Below are positions 1 through 9,301 of a DNA stretch of 64,000 nt, piece by piece (position 1 is the first letter of the stretch; each line of letters opens with the position of its first letter). The notes beneath the pieces were generated by a model. It made no database searches and had not been told where the DNA came from. It saw nothing but the letters and a program-made list of their open reading frames with translations. Origin of the DNA: Candidatus Dormibacteria bacterium (GTDB lineage Bacteria; Chloroflexota; Dormibacteria; Aeolococcales; Bog-877); NCBI GenBank assembly GCA_050734135.1, contig JBOHUG010000016.1, positions 6,532-70,531 of the forward strand, read 5' to 3'. The position numbers and the translations under genes are program-made.

Positions 1-340
1 GCCGACCGGCCTGAATCTGAGGCAGTACCCACTCTTCCAGTAGTTGGAGCGGAAAGCGGGCAGCGAGGTAGGCGACCTTGAGCCGCTCCCCCTGGTACAC
101 GCCGCCGGGAAACTCCCCGGAGATCTCTTGACCGATCCGATGAAACTCGACCCGATCCCGCACCTCTGACACTGGCAACTTAGGATCGCCAACGAAATAC
201 ACCCGAGTCGGCGAGCCTTCGGCGGCCAAGCCGCGGCTCAGCTGGGTGACCCGGACCCCGAGTCCTCCCGCCTGGCTGTACTGGTCCGGACCCTCCATCG
301 AGATGAGCGCGAAGGCCAGCCGAGGACTAGCGGGATCCAT
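1..340 (-). CDS. GT-B fold glycosyltransferase (GT4/GT5-like), 5' part only, runs off the window start
   Basis: My translation from the ATG at 340..338 gives MDPASPRLAFALISMEGPDQYSQAGGLGVRVTQLSRGLAAEGSPTRVYFVGDP... The GGxGV...L...LA N-terminal loop is typical of GT-B glycosyltransferases. The frame stays open to position 1. Confidence 0.5.
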   Translation of the reverse strand, partial: MDPASPRLAFALISMEGPDQYSQAGGLGVRVTQLSRGLAAEGSPTRVYFVGDPKLPVSEVRDRVEFHRIGQEISGEFPGGVYQGERLKVAYLAARFPLQLLEEWVLPQIQAGR

Positions 341-417
341 TTCCGAGATTGTGCCGGTACGGGTGGATGACGGGAGCAGCCCAGGCCCCGGCGAGCCCCG
401 CTGGCAGGGTCAGCCGG

Positions 418-1269
418 CTAGCCGCTGAGCCAGGCTTGGGGGGCAGCTCGGTGAAGGGACTCACTGACCGGAGCTGGCAGTCCCGCCAGGTGCTCTTGGT
501 AGCGGCGGGCCGGCAGCAGCGGGAAGTCGCTACCGAAACAGATGCGCCCGGTCCCCAGCAACTGGTCGACCGCCGCCAGCACCCCCGGCTGGTACAGATA
601 CGGCAGCGCCGCTGTGTCGAACCACAGTTGGCGGCACAGCTCCCCAACCTCAGGCATGTGCGCGTACAAGGGAAGTCCCCCGCCCAGGTGGGCGAGGCAG
701 ACCCGCAGCCTCGGAGCTGCGCTCAGCGCGGCACTCAGCAGTTGCCAGAGCCGTTCCGGACCAGCTGTTCCCTTGCCGGGGTACTCATGCCCGACCGGCT
801 CGCTGGCGTGGAGCAGGAGGGGCCAGTCCATCTCGGCCAAAGTGAGCAGCGCCGCTTTGAGGCCGGCGTCGAACCGGAGCTCGAATCCCTGCGCGTCGGC
901 GCTCATCTCCCCCACCCCCCACAGTCCCAGACCTTGGCAGCGCGCCAACTCCGCCTCCCAGCCGGGGCGGGCCGGGTTGACCAGCGCCATTCCCAGGAGC
1001 CGGCCCGAGGCGGCGGCGATCTCCTGGGCCACAAAATCGTTGACCTCGCGCAGGAGCCCCGGGTCCGCAAAGGGCCAGCCGAAGACAACCGCCCGATCCA
1101 GCCCGGCAGAGTCGAGGGCCTGAACCACGTCGGCTCCAGCAGCGAACTCACCCCCGCCTGCGTGGCACGCCACGAACCAGGGATCCTGCCAGCTGGGTGC
1201 GGGCGGCTGCCGCAAGTGAGGCGGCAGCAGATGGCAATGGACGTCAGTCGCGGGAGCCCGGGACATCAC
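418..1269 (-). CDS. amidohydrolase-family metal-dependent hydrolase
   Basis: 283-aa ORF. It has an N-terminal DVHCHLLP (HxH metal site) and a C-terminal ICFGSDFPL, the pattern of the amidohydrolase-2 (TIM-barrel) family. Confidence 0.7.
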   Translation of the reverse strand: MMSRAPATDVHCHLLPPHLRQPPAPSWQDPWFVACHAGGGEFAAGADVVQALDSAGLDRAVVFGWPFADPGLLREVNDFVAQEIAAASGRLLGMALVNPARPGWEAELARCQGLGLWGVGEMSADAQGFELRFDAGLKAALLTLAEMDWPLLLHASEPVGHEYPGKGTAGPERLWQLLSAALSAAPRLRVCLAHLGGGLPLYAHMPEVGELCRQLWFDTAALPYLYQPGVLAAVDQLLGTGRICFGSDFPLLPARRYQEHLAGLPAPVSESLHRAAPQAWLSG

Positions 1270-1321
1270 GCGGTGGAGCCGTCCTGGGGGGTTCGGACGG
1301 CAGCAGTTGCGCCACTTGAAT

Positions 1322-3544
1322 TTACCGGGACCATAGGCGCCGGACGTTCAGGATCAGGTAGCTCTTGGTACGCACCAAAACAGGCAAGTGCTGGGCCTCG
1401 AACCAACTCACGTTGGTGGTGATGTTGTTGTAGTCACCGGGCTCGAACTCGATGTAAGAGATATCGTAGGCGCGCAGCAGCTCACCCACCCGGCAGACGC
1501 CTACTTGGGGACAGCCGGCGTAGATGGCGGTCTCGGCCGCCAGGCGCCGGCGCAGCGGCTGCCCATAGCTCCAGAGCCAGCCGTCGTAGGCGAGCACGGT
1601 GGTCCGCCCGGCCACCACCGAGACCGGCTCGTTGGGCTGACCCTCGGTGAGAAAGATCGCTCCCGGCGAGGTGTGGCGCAGGACGGCGCGGCCAACCTCC
1701 CTCTCCTGGCTCCCGATGAAATCGAAGTGGGGCGCGACAGTCGGAGTCTGGGAAAGAGAGCTCTGGCCGATCAGGGCCATGTCCATGCTCAGCAGCCCGC
1801 TCAAGACCAATGAGATGACTGCGAGAGTGGCCGCCACCTTCCCCCAGATCCTCCCGCCCCAGGAACAGAGCAGCCAGGCGACGGGAATGGCCGCGCCCAC
1901 GTACCAGTAGTCCAGCAGCTTGGTGTTGTCCCAGTTCCAAGGTTGAGTGATGACCAGATTCCCAATCAGGAAAAGGAGCCAGAAGGGAGCCCAGAACCGA
2001 ATCAGCTCCAGCTCTTTGAGCTCGGCCCGAACCCGAGATGGCAGCCAGCGCAGGCCAAGCAGCGCGAGTGCCAGCAGGGTGAAGATGCCCGTGTTGGCGA
2101 GCCAGAACCCGAGCGTGTCCGCCAATACCGACGGCTGGACCAGTGACTGGGCCAGGAAGCTGACTGCCGTGAGAGGTGACGCACCCGCCAGGTAGAGGGC
2201 GTCGCAGGCGGAACCTGCCTGCCACTGGACTGCGGTACAGCTGGTGGCAGCGTGAGCCAGCCAGCCGACATCCAGCTGCGGATAGAGGCTGGTGCCCACG
2301 GGTCCGTTGAGCTCGCCGTGGGCCCCGGTCACGACGTAGAGCATTCGAGGGAGACCCAAAAGGAGAAGGGGCAGGGCATACCAGGCCAATCCCAGCCACC
2401 AGCGCTGCCGACCGAGCCACCAGAGTCCGATCAGCCCGATGACCAAGTATCCGAAGGGGTTGAACCACGGCAGCGCCGCGGCTCCAATCCCCGCCGCCGC
2501 CAGCAACTCTTTACGCCGTCCCCGGTAGGCTTCCCAGAGCAGCAGGCTGAGAAGGACCACCAGTCCCAGCCCGTACTCGAAGTCGCGCTGCGGCAGCCAG
2601 AAAGCCAGCAGCGGTTCGTACCACTGGAGGTCGGCCACCGGAGGATCGGGCTGGTCCTGGCCGTCGTAGGACCGCGGTAGATGGGTCAACTCGGTGGGCA
2701 AGTGGGCTACGAAGGCAGCCGCTGCCCCAGGGGTTCTCGCGGAAAGACTGGTGCAATCACTGGCGCTGAAACCGGCCTCGGTACGGGCCAGCTGCTGGCA
2801 GCCGTCACCGTAGAGCCCGATGAAGCCCAGCCCTCCCCCGAGGAGGGCCAGTAGCAGCGCGACCCAGGCGGCCGCATTTCGGCGGGTGACCCGCCGCGCC
2901 AGCTGCCAGACCAGCACCGCCGCTGACGATGAGATCAGCCACGAAGGAACATCCAACGCTCCCCAAATGTTCTGGCCGAGGCCAGCCAGCAGAGCGGACT
3001 GGAAGTCCGGCAGAAACGGGTAGCGGAGGCCGGTCCCCGATTCCAGGGTGTCACCCGGCGGGAGGTTGTGGCCCAGCAAAAAACTCTGGGCATAGCTGGC
3101 GTGGACCGACCAGTCGGACCACACCGTCGGATAGCTGGCCGTGATCGAACCGCCCATCTCCACCAGAGCTCTGGTGAAGATGAAGTAGAAAGCCAATCCC
3201 ACCAGCACTGTCACCAGTAACCCGGCCCGGGTACCGGCCCGGTTCCACTCCCGGTTGATCCAGCGGCCCCACTCTGCTGGTCCGAGCCGGAGGCGTCGGT
3301 ACCAGTGCCCCACTGCCACCCCGCCGGCTCCAGCGAAGAGCAGCCCGGGCGCGAGCAGAGCCGCGGGCGGCCCAACCCCCCACCACAAGGAGAGCGCCAG
3401 ACTGAGCAAGCTGGACGCCACCACGCCGACCAGGAGGGACGCCGCCAGCCGTTCCGCCAGCTGCCAGTCGAGCGGCAGCAGGTCGACCAGCGCCAGTCCG
3501 GCGGCCATTACCAAGAGCCAGTAGGCCGCCAGTTCCCAGGTCAC
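1322..3544 (-). CDS. large polytopic membrane protein, probable GT-C type glycosyltransferase
   Basis: 740-aa ORF with many hydrophobic helices and a soluble C-terminal domain. It lies directly downstream of a GT39/PMT gene. The function is inferred only from topology and context. Confidence 0.55.
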   Translation of the reverse strand: MTWELAAYWLLVMAAGLALVDLLPLDWQLAERLAASLLVGVVASSLLSLALSLWWGVGPPAALLAPGLLFAGAGGVAVGHWYRRLRLGPAEWGRWINREWNRAGTRAGLLVTVLVGLAFYFIFTRALVEMGGSITASYPTVWSDWSVHASYAQSFLLGHNLPPGDTLESGTGLRYPFLPDFQSALLAGLGQNIWGALDVPSWLISSSAAVLVWQLARRVTRRNAAAWVALLLALLGGGLGFIGLYGDGCQQLARTEAGFSASDCTSLSARTPGAAAAFVAHLPTELTHLPRSYDGQDQPDPPVADLQWYEPLLAFWLPQRDFEYGLGLVVLLSLLLWEAYRGRRKELLAAAGIGAAALPWFNPFGYLVIGLIGLWWLGRQRWWLGLAWYALPLLLLGLPRMLYVVTGAHGELNGPVGTSLYPQLDVGWLAHAATSCTAVQWQAGSACDALYLAGASPLTAVSFLAQSLVQPSVLADTLGFWLANTGIFTLLALALLGLRWLPSRVRAELKELELIRFWAPFWLLFLIGNLVITQPWNWDNTKLLDYWYVGAAIPVAWLLCSWGGRIWGKVAATLAVISLVLSGLLSMDMALIGQSSLSQTPTVAPHFDFIGSQEREVGRAVLRHTSPGAIFLTEGQPNEPVSVVAGRTTVLAYDGWLWSYGQPLRRRLAAETAIYAGCPQVGVCRVGELLRAYDISYIEFEPGDYNNITTNVSWFEAQHLPVLVRTKSYLILNVRRLWSR

Positions 3545-3562
3545 CGGTGGCTGCGGTTCGCC

Positions 3563-5461
3563 TCAGTACCAGCCGGGGATCCAGATGTGCTGGAAGAAAT
3601 CGTTGGAGGGGATCGGTTGACCAGTCCAGAGCGGATAGAAGTAGGCGAAGCTAAGCACCACCGCCAGCACCACCGCGCCCGCTAGCGGCCGAAGGCTGTA
3701 GGGCCCAAGCCGGATGGGACCCAGCTGGAAGGCGCTGCGGGCGTGGATCAGCCGAGTACAGCAGTACGCCAGCGCCAAGCAGGTGAATGGCAGTGCCTCC
3801 ACGATCTCGTAGAGAAAGAGGATCCGCGACGGCCAGGACCAGAGGATCAGCCAGTTGAACAAGAAGCCGAGCAGGATGAACAAGGCAATCCGATCTCGAC
3901 GGCGGACGACCCAGTAGAGACAGGCGGCGAACGCCAGCAGCCCCATCCAGAAGATCGCCGGATTGCCCATATCGGTGATCCAGGTGTAGTTGGACACAGT
4001 CTGTCCGTCTGAGGAGCTGACCCCGTTGCCGGTGTAGACGGCGTAGAAGAGCACCGGGTGGGCATCCAGTGGCCAGGAGTAGTACGGCGATGCGAAGGGG
4101 TGGGTTGCCTTCAGCGTCGCTTGGTAGCTGAGCCCAGCGATGCTGTTCATCTCCACGTCAACCAGCGCCTGGGTGAGGTTGAAAGAGGTGGGCAGCCAGA
4201 GCGTTACCGGGCCTAGGTGATCCCGCTTCACCGGCATCGCCACCGGCAAATGGCAGACCGACGCATCGGTCGTGAAGCCGGTACAGGTGGCGGTGGGACC
4301 GCTGGTGTCGGCGAAGTTGACGTAGATGCTGTGGGCGATGATCCAGTAGTTGAAGAACGAGAGCACGAAGATCACGACGACCAACGCCGTCGCGGCCACG
4401 TAGTGCCAGCCCCATCTGAGCGAGGTGACCATGGTCCGCCGGCCGGCTTCCCCGGGGTCATCCGGCGCCGGCGGGAGCAGCCAGCGCGAGCCGCTCCGGC
4501 CGAGACCGCGCAGCCGGAGGTGGGGTCTAACCCAGCGAGCGGCCAGAAGAACTGCCATCAGCATCACCGCTGGCACCATGTCCGCCTTGGTGGCCACCCC
4601 CAACCCGGATGCGGCGGCCGTCAGGTAGAGGGTCACGAGCCATTGGCGACGGGTCCGCGCGTGCCAATGCAAGGTGAACAGCCAGAGACCCAAAACCACG
4701 AAGAAAGCGGCGAAAATGTCGATGACCCCGGTCCGGGACTCCACCAACTCCAGGCCGTCCAGGCTGAGAAATAGAGCCGCCAGGAACGGGAACGCTCGAT
4801 GTCGGTGCCAGAGTCGGCGGGCCAGCAAGTACAGCAGTCCGATCAGCAGGCTGCCGAAGATCGCCGACATAATCCGCCAGCCCCAGGGGTTGAAGCCAAG
4901 CCAACTGATCCCGGTCGCGATGATCAGCTTCGAGAGTGGCGGCTCCGGATCGAAGTAGTCGATGCCCTTGAGGTCTTTTAGAGCGTCGACCGGGAAATAG
5001 ACCTCATCGAAGACAAAACCGCACCGTTTTACCTCGGCGTTGTGGGCTCCGTTGGGGACCTGGGTGCAGCCAGCCGTGTTGAATGGGTAGCCCAATCCCC
5101 ATGCCCCGATCCCGGCCACATCGTGGGTCGCCGAGCGATGTACTCCCGCCGGTGCCGGCACAGTCCCCACCACATCGAGGTTGCCCTGGAGAAAATCCAA
5201 ATAGATCGGACTGGCTAAGCGGAGCACCAGGGCCACCGCCACCAGTATCCCGACGATGACGCAGTCCCAGCCGTCGATCCCGGTCAGGCCTCGATGCCGG
5301 CGCAGCAACAGGGAGAACCCCCAGACCGCGCCCACGAACACCACCGCCACCAGCGGGTGGACGGGCCAGCGGAAGAGAACGCACAGAGCCGCGAAGATGG
5401 CCGCCGCTGCCGCTGCCTCCAGTCCCTCGCGCTGCCAGGCGGGCCCGCCCGAGGGGTTCAC
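3563..5461 (-). CDS. dolichyl/polyprenyl-phosphate-mannose protein mannosyltransferase family (GT39, PMT-like)
   Basis: 632-aa polytopic ORF. The first extracytoplasmic loop has FVFDEVYF (the DE motif of PMT/GT39 enzymes), followed by PPLSKLIIATGISWLGFNPWGWR. Confidence 0.8.
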   Translation of the reverse strand: MNPSGGPAWQREGLEAAAAAAIFAALCVLFRWPVHPLVAVVFVGAVWGFSLLLRRHRGLTGIDGWDCVIVGILVAVALVLRLASPIYLDFLQGNLDVVGTVPAPAGVHRSATHDVAGIGAWGLGYPFNTAGCTQVPNGAHNAEVKRCGFVFDEVYFPVDALKDLKGIDYFDPEPPLSKLIIATGISWLGFNPWGWRIMSAIFGSLLIGLLYLLARRLWHRHRAFPFLAALFLSLDGLELVESRTGVIDIFAAFFVVLGLWLFTLHWHARTRRQWLVTLYLTAAASGLGVATKADMVPAVMLMAVLLAARWVRPHLRLRGLGRSGSRWLLPPAPDDPGEAGRRTMVTSLRWGWHYVAATALVVVIFVLSFFNYWIIAHSIYVNFADTSGPTATCTGFTTDASVCHLPVAMPVKRDHLGPVTLWLPTSFNLTQALVDVEMNSIAGLSYQATLKATHPFASPYYSWPLDAHPVLFYAVYTGNGVSSSDGQTVSNYTWITDMGNPAIFWMGLLAFAACLYWVVRRRDRIALFILLGFLFNWLILWSWPSRILFLYEIVEALPFTCLALAYCCTRLIHARSAFQLGPIRLGPYSLRPLAGAVVLAVVLSFAYFYPLWTGQPIPSNDFFQHIWIPGWY

Positions 5462-6051
5462 CGCCGGCGGGATGCGGGAGCGGGAGGTCGCCGGCGAATC
5501 CGCGGTTGCAGATCATGCTCGAGCGCCTGGGCGCCCTTCACGAGCAGGATCAGGTCCTGCTCGATCGCGCAGCCACGACCGACCGCCCGGCCCAACCGCT
5601 TGACTTCCGCGGGCGCGGTTTTCAGCCGGATCACGCATGCCGGGGTGCGCTGGAATTGGCGCAGGGAACGAAGCAGCAGCCCCCGGCGGCTGGGGGCCGC
5701 GAAGAGTACCTCCAGCAGCTGGCACCGCACCTGGCTGATCTCCGAATACGGGACGAGCTCATGCTTCAGGAGGCGGTTGAGGCGCAGGCCATCTTGGGTG
5801 ACCTGGACGTAGTGCAGCCGCGAGCCGAAGTGGAAACCTACCCCGATCAGAAGCAACAGCAAGCCGAGGATCAGGAACTCCAGATCGTTCTTGCGGTGAT
5901 GTCCGAGGTACTCCACGAGGCAACCGATCAGAAGCACCCCCGCCCCATAAAACAGCATGATCTGGGTGCGCCGCCAGGTCGACGCGAACGGGATCAGCAG
6001 GTGGCGATCCGGGGGCGGGTCGGAGACAGTCAGTGCGGCCCCCCCGCTCAA
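5458..6051 (-). CDS. small membrane protein with two TM helices and a PH-like C-terminal domain
   Basis: 197-aa ORF. Its stop overlaps the PMT start by 4 nt. It has two hydrophobic helices, then YVQVTQDGLRLNRLLKHELVPYSEISQV. No family assignment was possible. Confidence 0.45.
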   Translation of the reverse strand: MSGGAALTVSDPPPDRHLLIPFASTWRRTQIMLFYGAGVLLIGCLVEYLGHHRKNDLEFLILGLLLLLIGVGFHFGSRLHYVQVTQDGLRLNRLLKHELVPYSEISQVRCQLLEVLFAAPSRRGLLLRSLRQFQRTPACVIRLKTAPAEVKRLGRAVGRGCAIEQDLILLVKGAQALEHDLQPRIRRRPPAPASRRR

Positions 6052-6857
6052 GTGGACGCCAGTTGAGGCAGGGGGTGGGTGTCGCCACAGTGGCAGCCCG
6101 CCCGGGCAGGCAGTTGCTCGACCAGATCAAAGAGGATCTGACGGACCCGGCCGATGTTGGCGGCGAATACCTTCAAGACCTCCTCGTGGGTCACCGGGGC
6201 TATGTCCGCGGAGCCTTCCAGGCCTGCGTCGTAGTCGGTGACCAGAGCGATCGCGGCATAGCAGATGCCGAGCTCGCGGGCCAGGATCGATTCCGGGTAC
6301 CCGGTCATTCCGATCACCCCCCAGCCCTGACCGGAGAACCAGCGTGACTCAGACCTGGTGCTGAAGCGAGGGCCCTGGATCACCACCAGCGTTTCCCCCC
6401 CATGCACGGTGGCCCCCTGCCGAGCTGCCGCGGCCGCCGCCTGGGAGCCTAGTTCCGGGCAGTACGGATCGGCCGCGCTGACATGTTGGACACTGGGGCC
6501 ATCCCAGTAGGTGTCCGCGCGGCCCCAGGTGCGGTCGACGAATTGGTCGGGAATCACAACGTCGCCTGGGGCCAGGCTGGCCCGCAGCGAACCCACCGCA
6601 CAGGGAGCCAGGATGCGCCCGACCTGAACCTGGCGCATCGCGTATAGGTTGGCGCGGAAGTTTATCCGGTGGGGGGGAATGGTGTGGTCCCGACCGTGCC
6701 TGGGCATGAAGGCCACCTGGCGACCAGCGATCTCCCCCAGCCAGACGCTGTCGCTGGCCGGCCCGTACGGGGTCTCGATTTTGACTTCGCGGGACTCGTC
6801 CAGAAGCTGGTAGAGCCCAGAGCCACCGAAGATACCGATCACCCCCTCCTCGGCCAT
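6048..6857 (-). CDS. mtnP: S-methyl-5'-thioadenosine phosphorylase
   Basis: Motifs GIFGGSGLY...PYG...FMPRHGRDH..PPHRINFRANLYA...GMTGYPE...ALVTDYD. I place the start at the ATG at 6857, which overlaps the nadA stop (ATGA), rather than at 6995. Confidence 0.85.
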   Translation of the reverse strand: MAEEGVIGIFGGSGLYQLLDESREVKIETPYGPASDSVWLGEIAGRQVAFMPRHGRDHTIPPHRINFRANLYAMRQVQVGRILAPCAVGSLRASLAPGDVVIPDQFVDRTWGRADTYWDGPSVQHVSAADPYCPELGSQAAAAAARQGATVHGGETLVVIQGPRFSTRSESRWFSGQGWGVIGMTGYPESILARELGICYAAIALVTDYDAGLEGSADIAPVTHEEVLKVFAANIGRVRQILFDLVEQLPARAGCHCGDTHPLPQLAST

Positions 6858-7810
6858 CAGCCAGGTACCTCCACCATCCGGTTGATCGCCAAACGAGCAC
6901 GCTCCGCAATCTCCGCCGGGACCGTGATCTGGTGCTTCAGGTCCCGCAGCGAATCCCGCACCTTCTCCAGGGTGATCATCTTCATGTACGGACAAATGGC
7001 GTCGGGGTTGGCGGCGAGGAATGTCTTGTTAGGGGCCATCTGACGCATCCGGTGCATGACCCCGACCTCGGTCGCCACGATGAAGGTTTCCGCCGCCGAG
7101 CGCTCCGCGTGCCGGACCATCCCCTCGGTACTGGTGACGACAGTGGCGCCGGCGAGCTCGCCGCGCTCCGCCTCATAGAGTGCCTGGGTGGTGCACCCAC
7201 ACTCTGGGTGGACCAACACCTCCGCCTCGGGATAGGCGGCTCGCTGGGCCAACAGTTGATTACCGCGAATGCCGGCGTGGACGTGGCATTCGCCGAGCCA
7301 GACGTGCATCTTGCGGCCGGTCATTCGCTCCACATGTGAGCCCAAGAAAAGGTCGGGGCAGAAGAGGATCTCCCGGTCCGTGGGAATCCGCCGCACGATG
7401 TCCACCGCATTGCTGGAGGTGCAGCAGTAGTCGGACTCGGCCTTGACCTCGGCGCTGGTGTTGACGTAGCTGACCACGACCGCCCCGGGATGCTCCGCCT
7501 TCCAGGCCCGGAGCTCGTCGGCGGTGATGCTGGCTGCCAGGGAACAACCTGCGTCCAGATCGGGCAGGAGAACAGTCCGCCCTTCCGCCAGGACCGCCGC
7601 CGTTTCTGCCATGAAATGCACGCCACAGAACACGATCACGTCAGCATCAGCCGCTGCCGCCTGGCGAGAGAGTCCCAGTGAATCTCCGACGAAGTCGGCG
7701 ATGTCCTGGACTTCGTCGCGCTGATAGTTGTGCGCCAGGATCAGGGCGTTGCGGTCACTCCGGAGCTCGCGGATCTCCTCCGCGAGCAGCCTCTCGGTTG
7801 CAACTGCCAT
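6857..7810 (-). CDS. nadA: quinolinate synthase
   Basis: 317-aa ORF with LILAHNYQ...VQDIADFVGDSL, CGVHFMAETA and GECHVH, which are NadA hallmarks. Confidence 0.9.
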   Translation of the reverse strand: MAVATERLLAEEIRELRSDRNALILAHNYQRDEVQDIADFVGDSLGLSRQAAAADADVIVFCGVHFMAETAAVLAEGRTVLLPDLDAGCSLAASITADELRAWKAEHPGAVVVSYVNTSAEVKAESDYCCTSSNAVDIVRRIPTDREILFCPDLFLGSHVERMTGRKMHVWLGECHVHAGIRGNQLLAQRAAYPEAEVLVHPECGCTTQALYEAERGELAGATVVTSTEGMVRHAERSAAETFIVATEVGVMHRMRQMAPNKTFLAANPDAICPYMKMITLEKVRDSLRDLKHQITVPAEIAERARLAINRMVEVPG

Positions 7811-7813
7811 ACC

Positions 7814-8602
7814 TCAATTATGGCCGTTGCCCGGTGGCCTCCCCCCGTGGGCGCTGCAACTGGGGTCCAGCGGGAACCGAACTTCTCGCCACCGCAGCGC
7901 GATCGCGTCGAAGTCGAGGAGCCGCCCCCCCAGGTCCGGGCCCCAACCGCAGACCAGCTTGACTGCCGCCAGTGCCTGCATCGAACCGATCAACCCGACC
8001 AGAGGTCCGAGGACCCCGGCTTCGCGACAGGTCTGGCCCCGATCTGCAGGCGGGGCACCGAAAAGGCAGCGGTAGCAGGCTCCTCCCCCAGGCACAGCCA
8101 CCACCTGTCCGGCCAGTCCCACCGCCCCCCCCACAACCAGGGAGATGCTGGCGGGAACGCAGTAGTCGTTGACCAGAAACTTGGTGAGGGGCTCGTCGGA
8201 ACACTCCAGGACGATGTCGGCGTCAGCCAGGAAATCGTCGATGGAAGTCTCGGTGACCCACTCCCGGCGAGAATCCACCTCGATGGTTGGGTTCAGTTCA
8301 CGAATGCGCGCCCCCAACACCGCCGCCTTTGGATGCCCGACATCGCTGCTGCGGTACGCGACTTGCCGGTTGAGATTGTCGAGGGCCACCTGGTCCGGGT
8401 CAACCAAGATCAGGCGCCCGACCCCGGCGGCGCCCAAGTACAGCGCGGCCGGAACTCCGAGTCCGCCACAGCCGACGACCACTGCGGTGGACTGTCCCAG
8501 GCGGATCTGACCTGCTGCGCCGACTTCGCGCAGCAGCAGCTGGCGGCTGTAGCGCTCGACCGCTGAATCGTCTAGGGACGGACGCTTGGAAGTCATCCGC
8601 AC
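7814..8602 (-). CDS. ThiF/MoeB-family E1-like adenylyltransferase
   Basis: YSRQLLL...VVGCGGLGVPAALYLGAAGVG.LILVD.D.V...NLNRQ plus a CYRC zinc motif. There is no rhodanese domain. Confidence 0.85.
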   Translation of the reverse strand: MRMTSKRPSLDDSAVERYSRQLLLREVGAAGQIRLGQSTAVVVGCGGLGVPAALYLGAAGVGRLILVDPDQVALDNLNRQVAYRSSDVGHPKAAVLGARIRELNPTIEVDSRREWVTETSIDDFLADADIVLECSDEPLTKFLVNDYCVPASISLVVGGAVGLAGQVVAVPGGGACYRCLFGAPPADRGQTCREAGVLGPLVGLIGSMQALAAVKLVCGWGPDLGGRLLDFDAIALRWREVRFPLDPSCSAHGGRPPGNGHN

Positions 8603-8607
8603 TCAGG

Positions 8608-8910
8608 TCACCAGCTGGTGACCTGAGTGGCCGCGGCGCAGCATTCGATGATCCCGGGGTAGTCAACCAGCACCCAACGCTCGGTCACCCGCCGCTGCTC
8701 CGCGTCCGCTGCACAGGCCATCACCACCACCTTAGATCCCTCCTCTCCCAAGGCCCGAGCCACCCCTTCCTCAGTCTCAAGTACAGCGTCGTGAAGCAGG
8801 ATGACTGCCTGACGGCCGCCACCTTCCAGCCGGACCCGAAGGTGCCCCCACGCTCTAAGGTCGGCCCGCCGGGTCACCAGGTGCAGCTCCAGAGGACGCT
8901 CAGAGGACAA
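8608..8910 (-). CDS. DsrH/TusB-like small sulfur-relay protein (start uncertain)
   Basis: The C-terminal part of the 138-aa ORF reads ...AVILLHDAVLE...VVVMACAADAEQRRV...VDYPGIIECCAAATQVTSW, the DsrH/TusB pattern. The TTG at 8910 overlaps the upstream gene's stop and gives about 100 aa. The first 38 codons of the long ORF look non-coding. Confidence 0.5.
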   Translation of the reverse strand: MSSERPLELHLVTRRADLRAWGHLRVRLEGGGRQAVILLHDAVLETEEGVARALGEEGSKVVVMACAADAEQRRVTERWVLVDYPGIIECCAAATQVTSW

Positions 8911-9301
8911 GGAAGCTCCCTGACTGACTGCATGCGGCCACCACTTCGGCCCGGGAAGCAGCCGCCACACCGGGGCGAAGGGCGCGCCCAGCGAGTCCCA
9001 ATTCCACCAGAGATTCCGTTTCAACTAACACGGGTACCCCCTCCTCCCCGATGAGTGACTCCAGAGCGCGGGCTAGCCCACCCGTCCAGGGTCCCAGCGT
9101 GGGTGCCTCCTCGAGCGCCAGGGAACTGGCGGCGTCGGCAAGAATCAGCCGCACGTTCACCCCTGCCAGAGGTAGGACCAGGGCAACTCGAATCGCCAGT
9201 GCCGGGTACTCGTCATCCAAGCGGCCCCTGGCAAGAACCACCAGGTCCTTACTGCCAACTCCGCTCAACTGAACACCAGGATGCGGTCCGCCACCTGACA
9301 C
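8900..9301 (-). CDS. DsrF/TusC-like DsrE-family protein (start uncertain)
   Basis: 133-aa ORF: ...LVVLARGRLDDEYPALAIRVAL...VNVRLILADAAS...VPVLVETESLVELGL. It is DsrE/DsrF-like in size and pattern. The annotated start overlaps the upstream gene by 37 nt, so the true start may be internal. Confidence 0.5.
   Translation of the reverse strand: MSGGGPHPGVQLSGVGSKDLVVLARGRLDDEYPALAIRVALVLPLAGVNVRLILADAASSLALEEAPTLGPWTGGLARALESLIGEEGVPVLVETESLVELGLAGRALRPGVAAASRAEVVAACSQSGSFLVL

Noticed and set aside
349-1422. 357-aa plus-strand ORF
   Set aside because: It is antisense to the amidohydrolase gene. It is Arg/Pro/Gly-rich with no motifs.
6858-6995. 46-codon N-terminal extension of the MTAP ORF
   Set aside because: It overlaps the nadA 3' end. 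The internal ATG at 6857 forms an ATGA overlap with the nadA stop and yields the normal MTAP N-terminus (..GIFGGSG).
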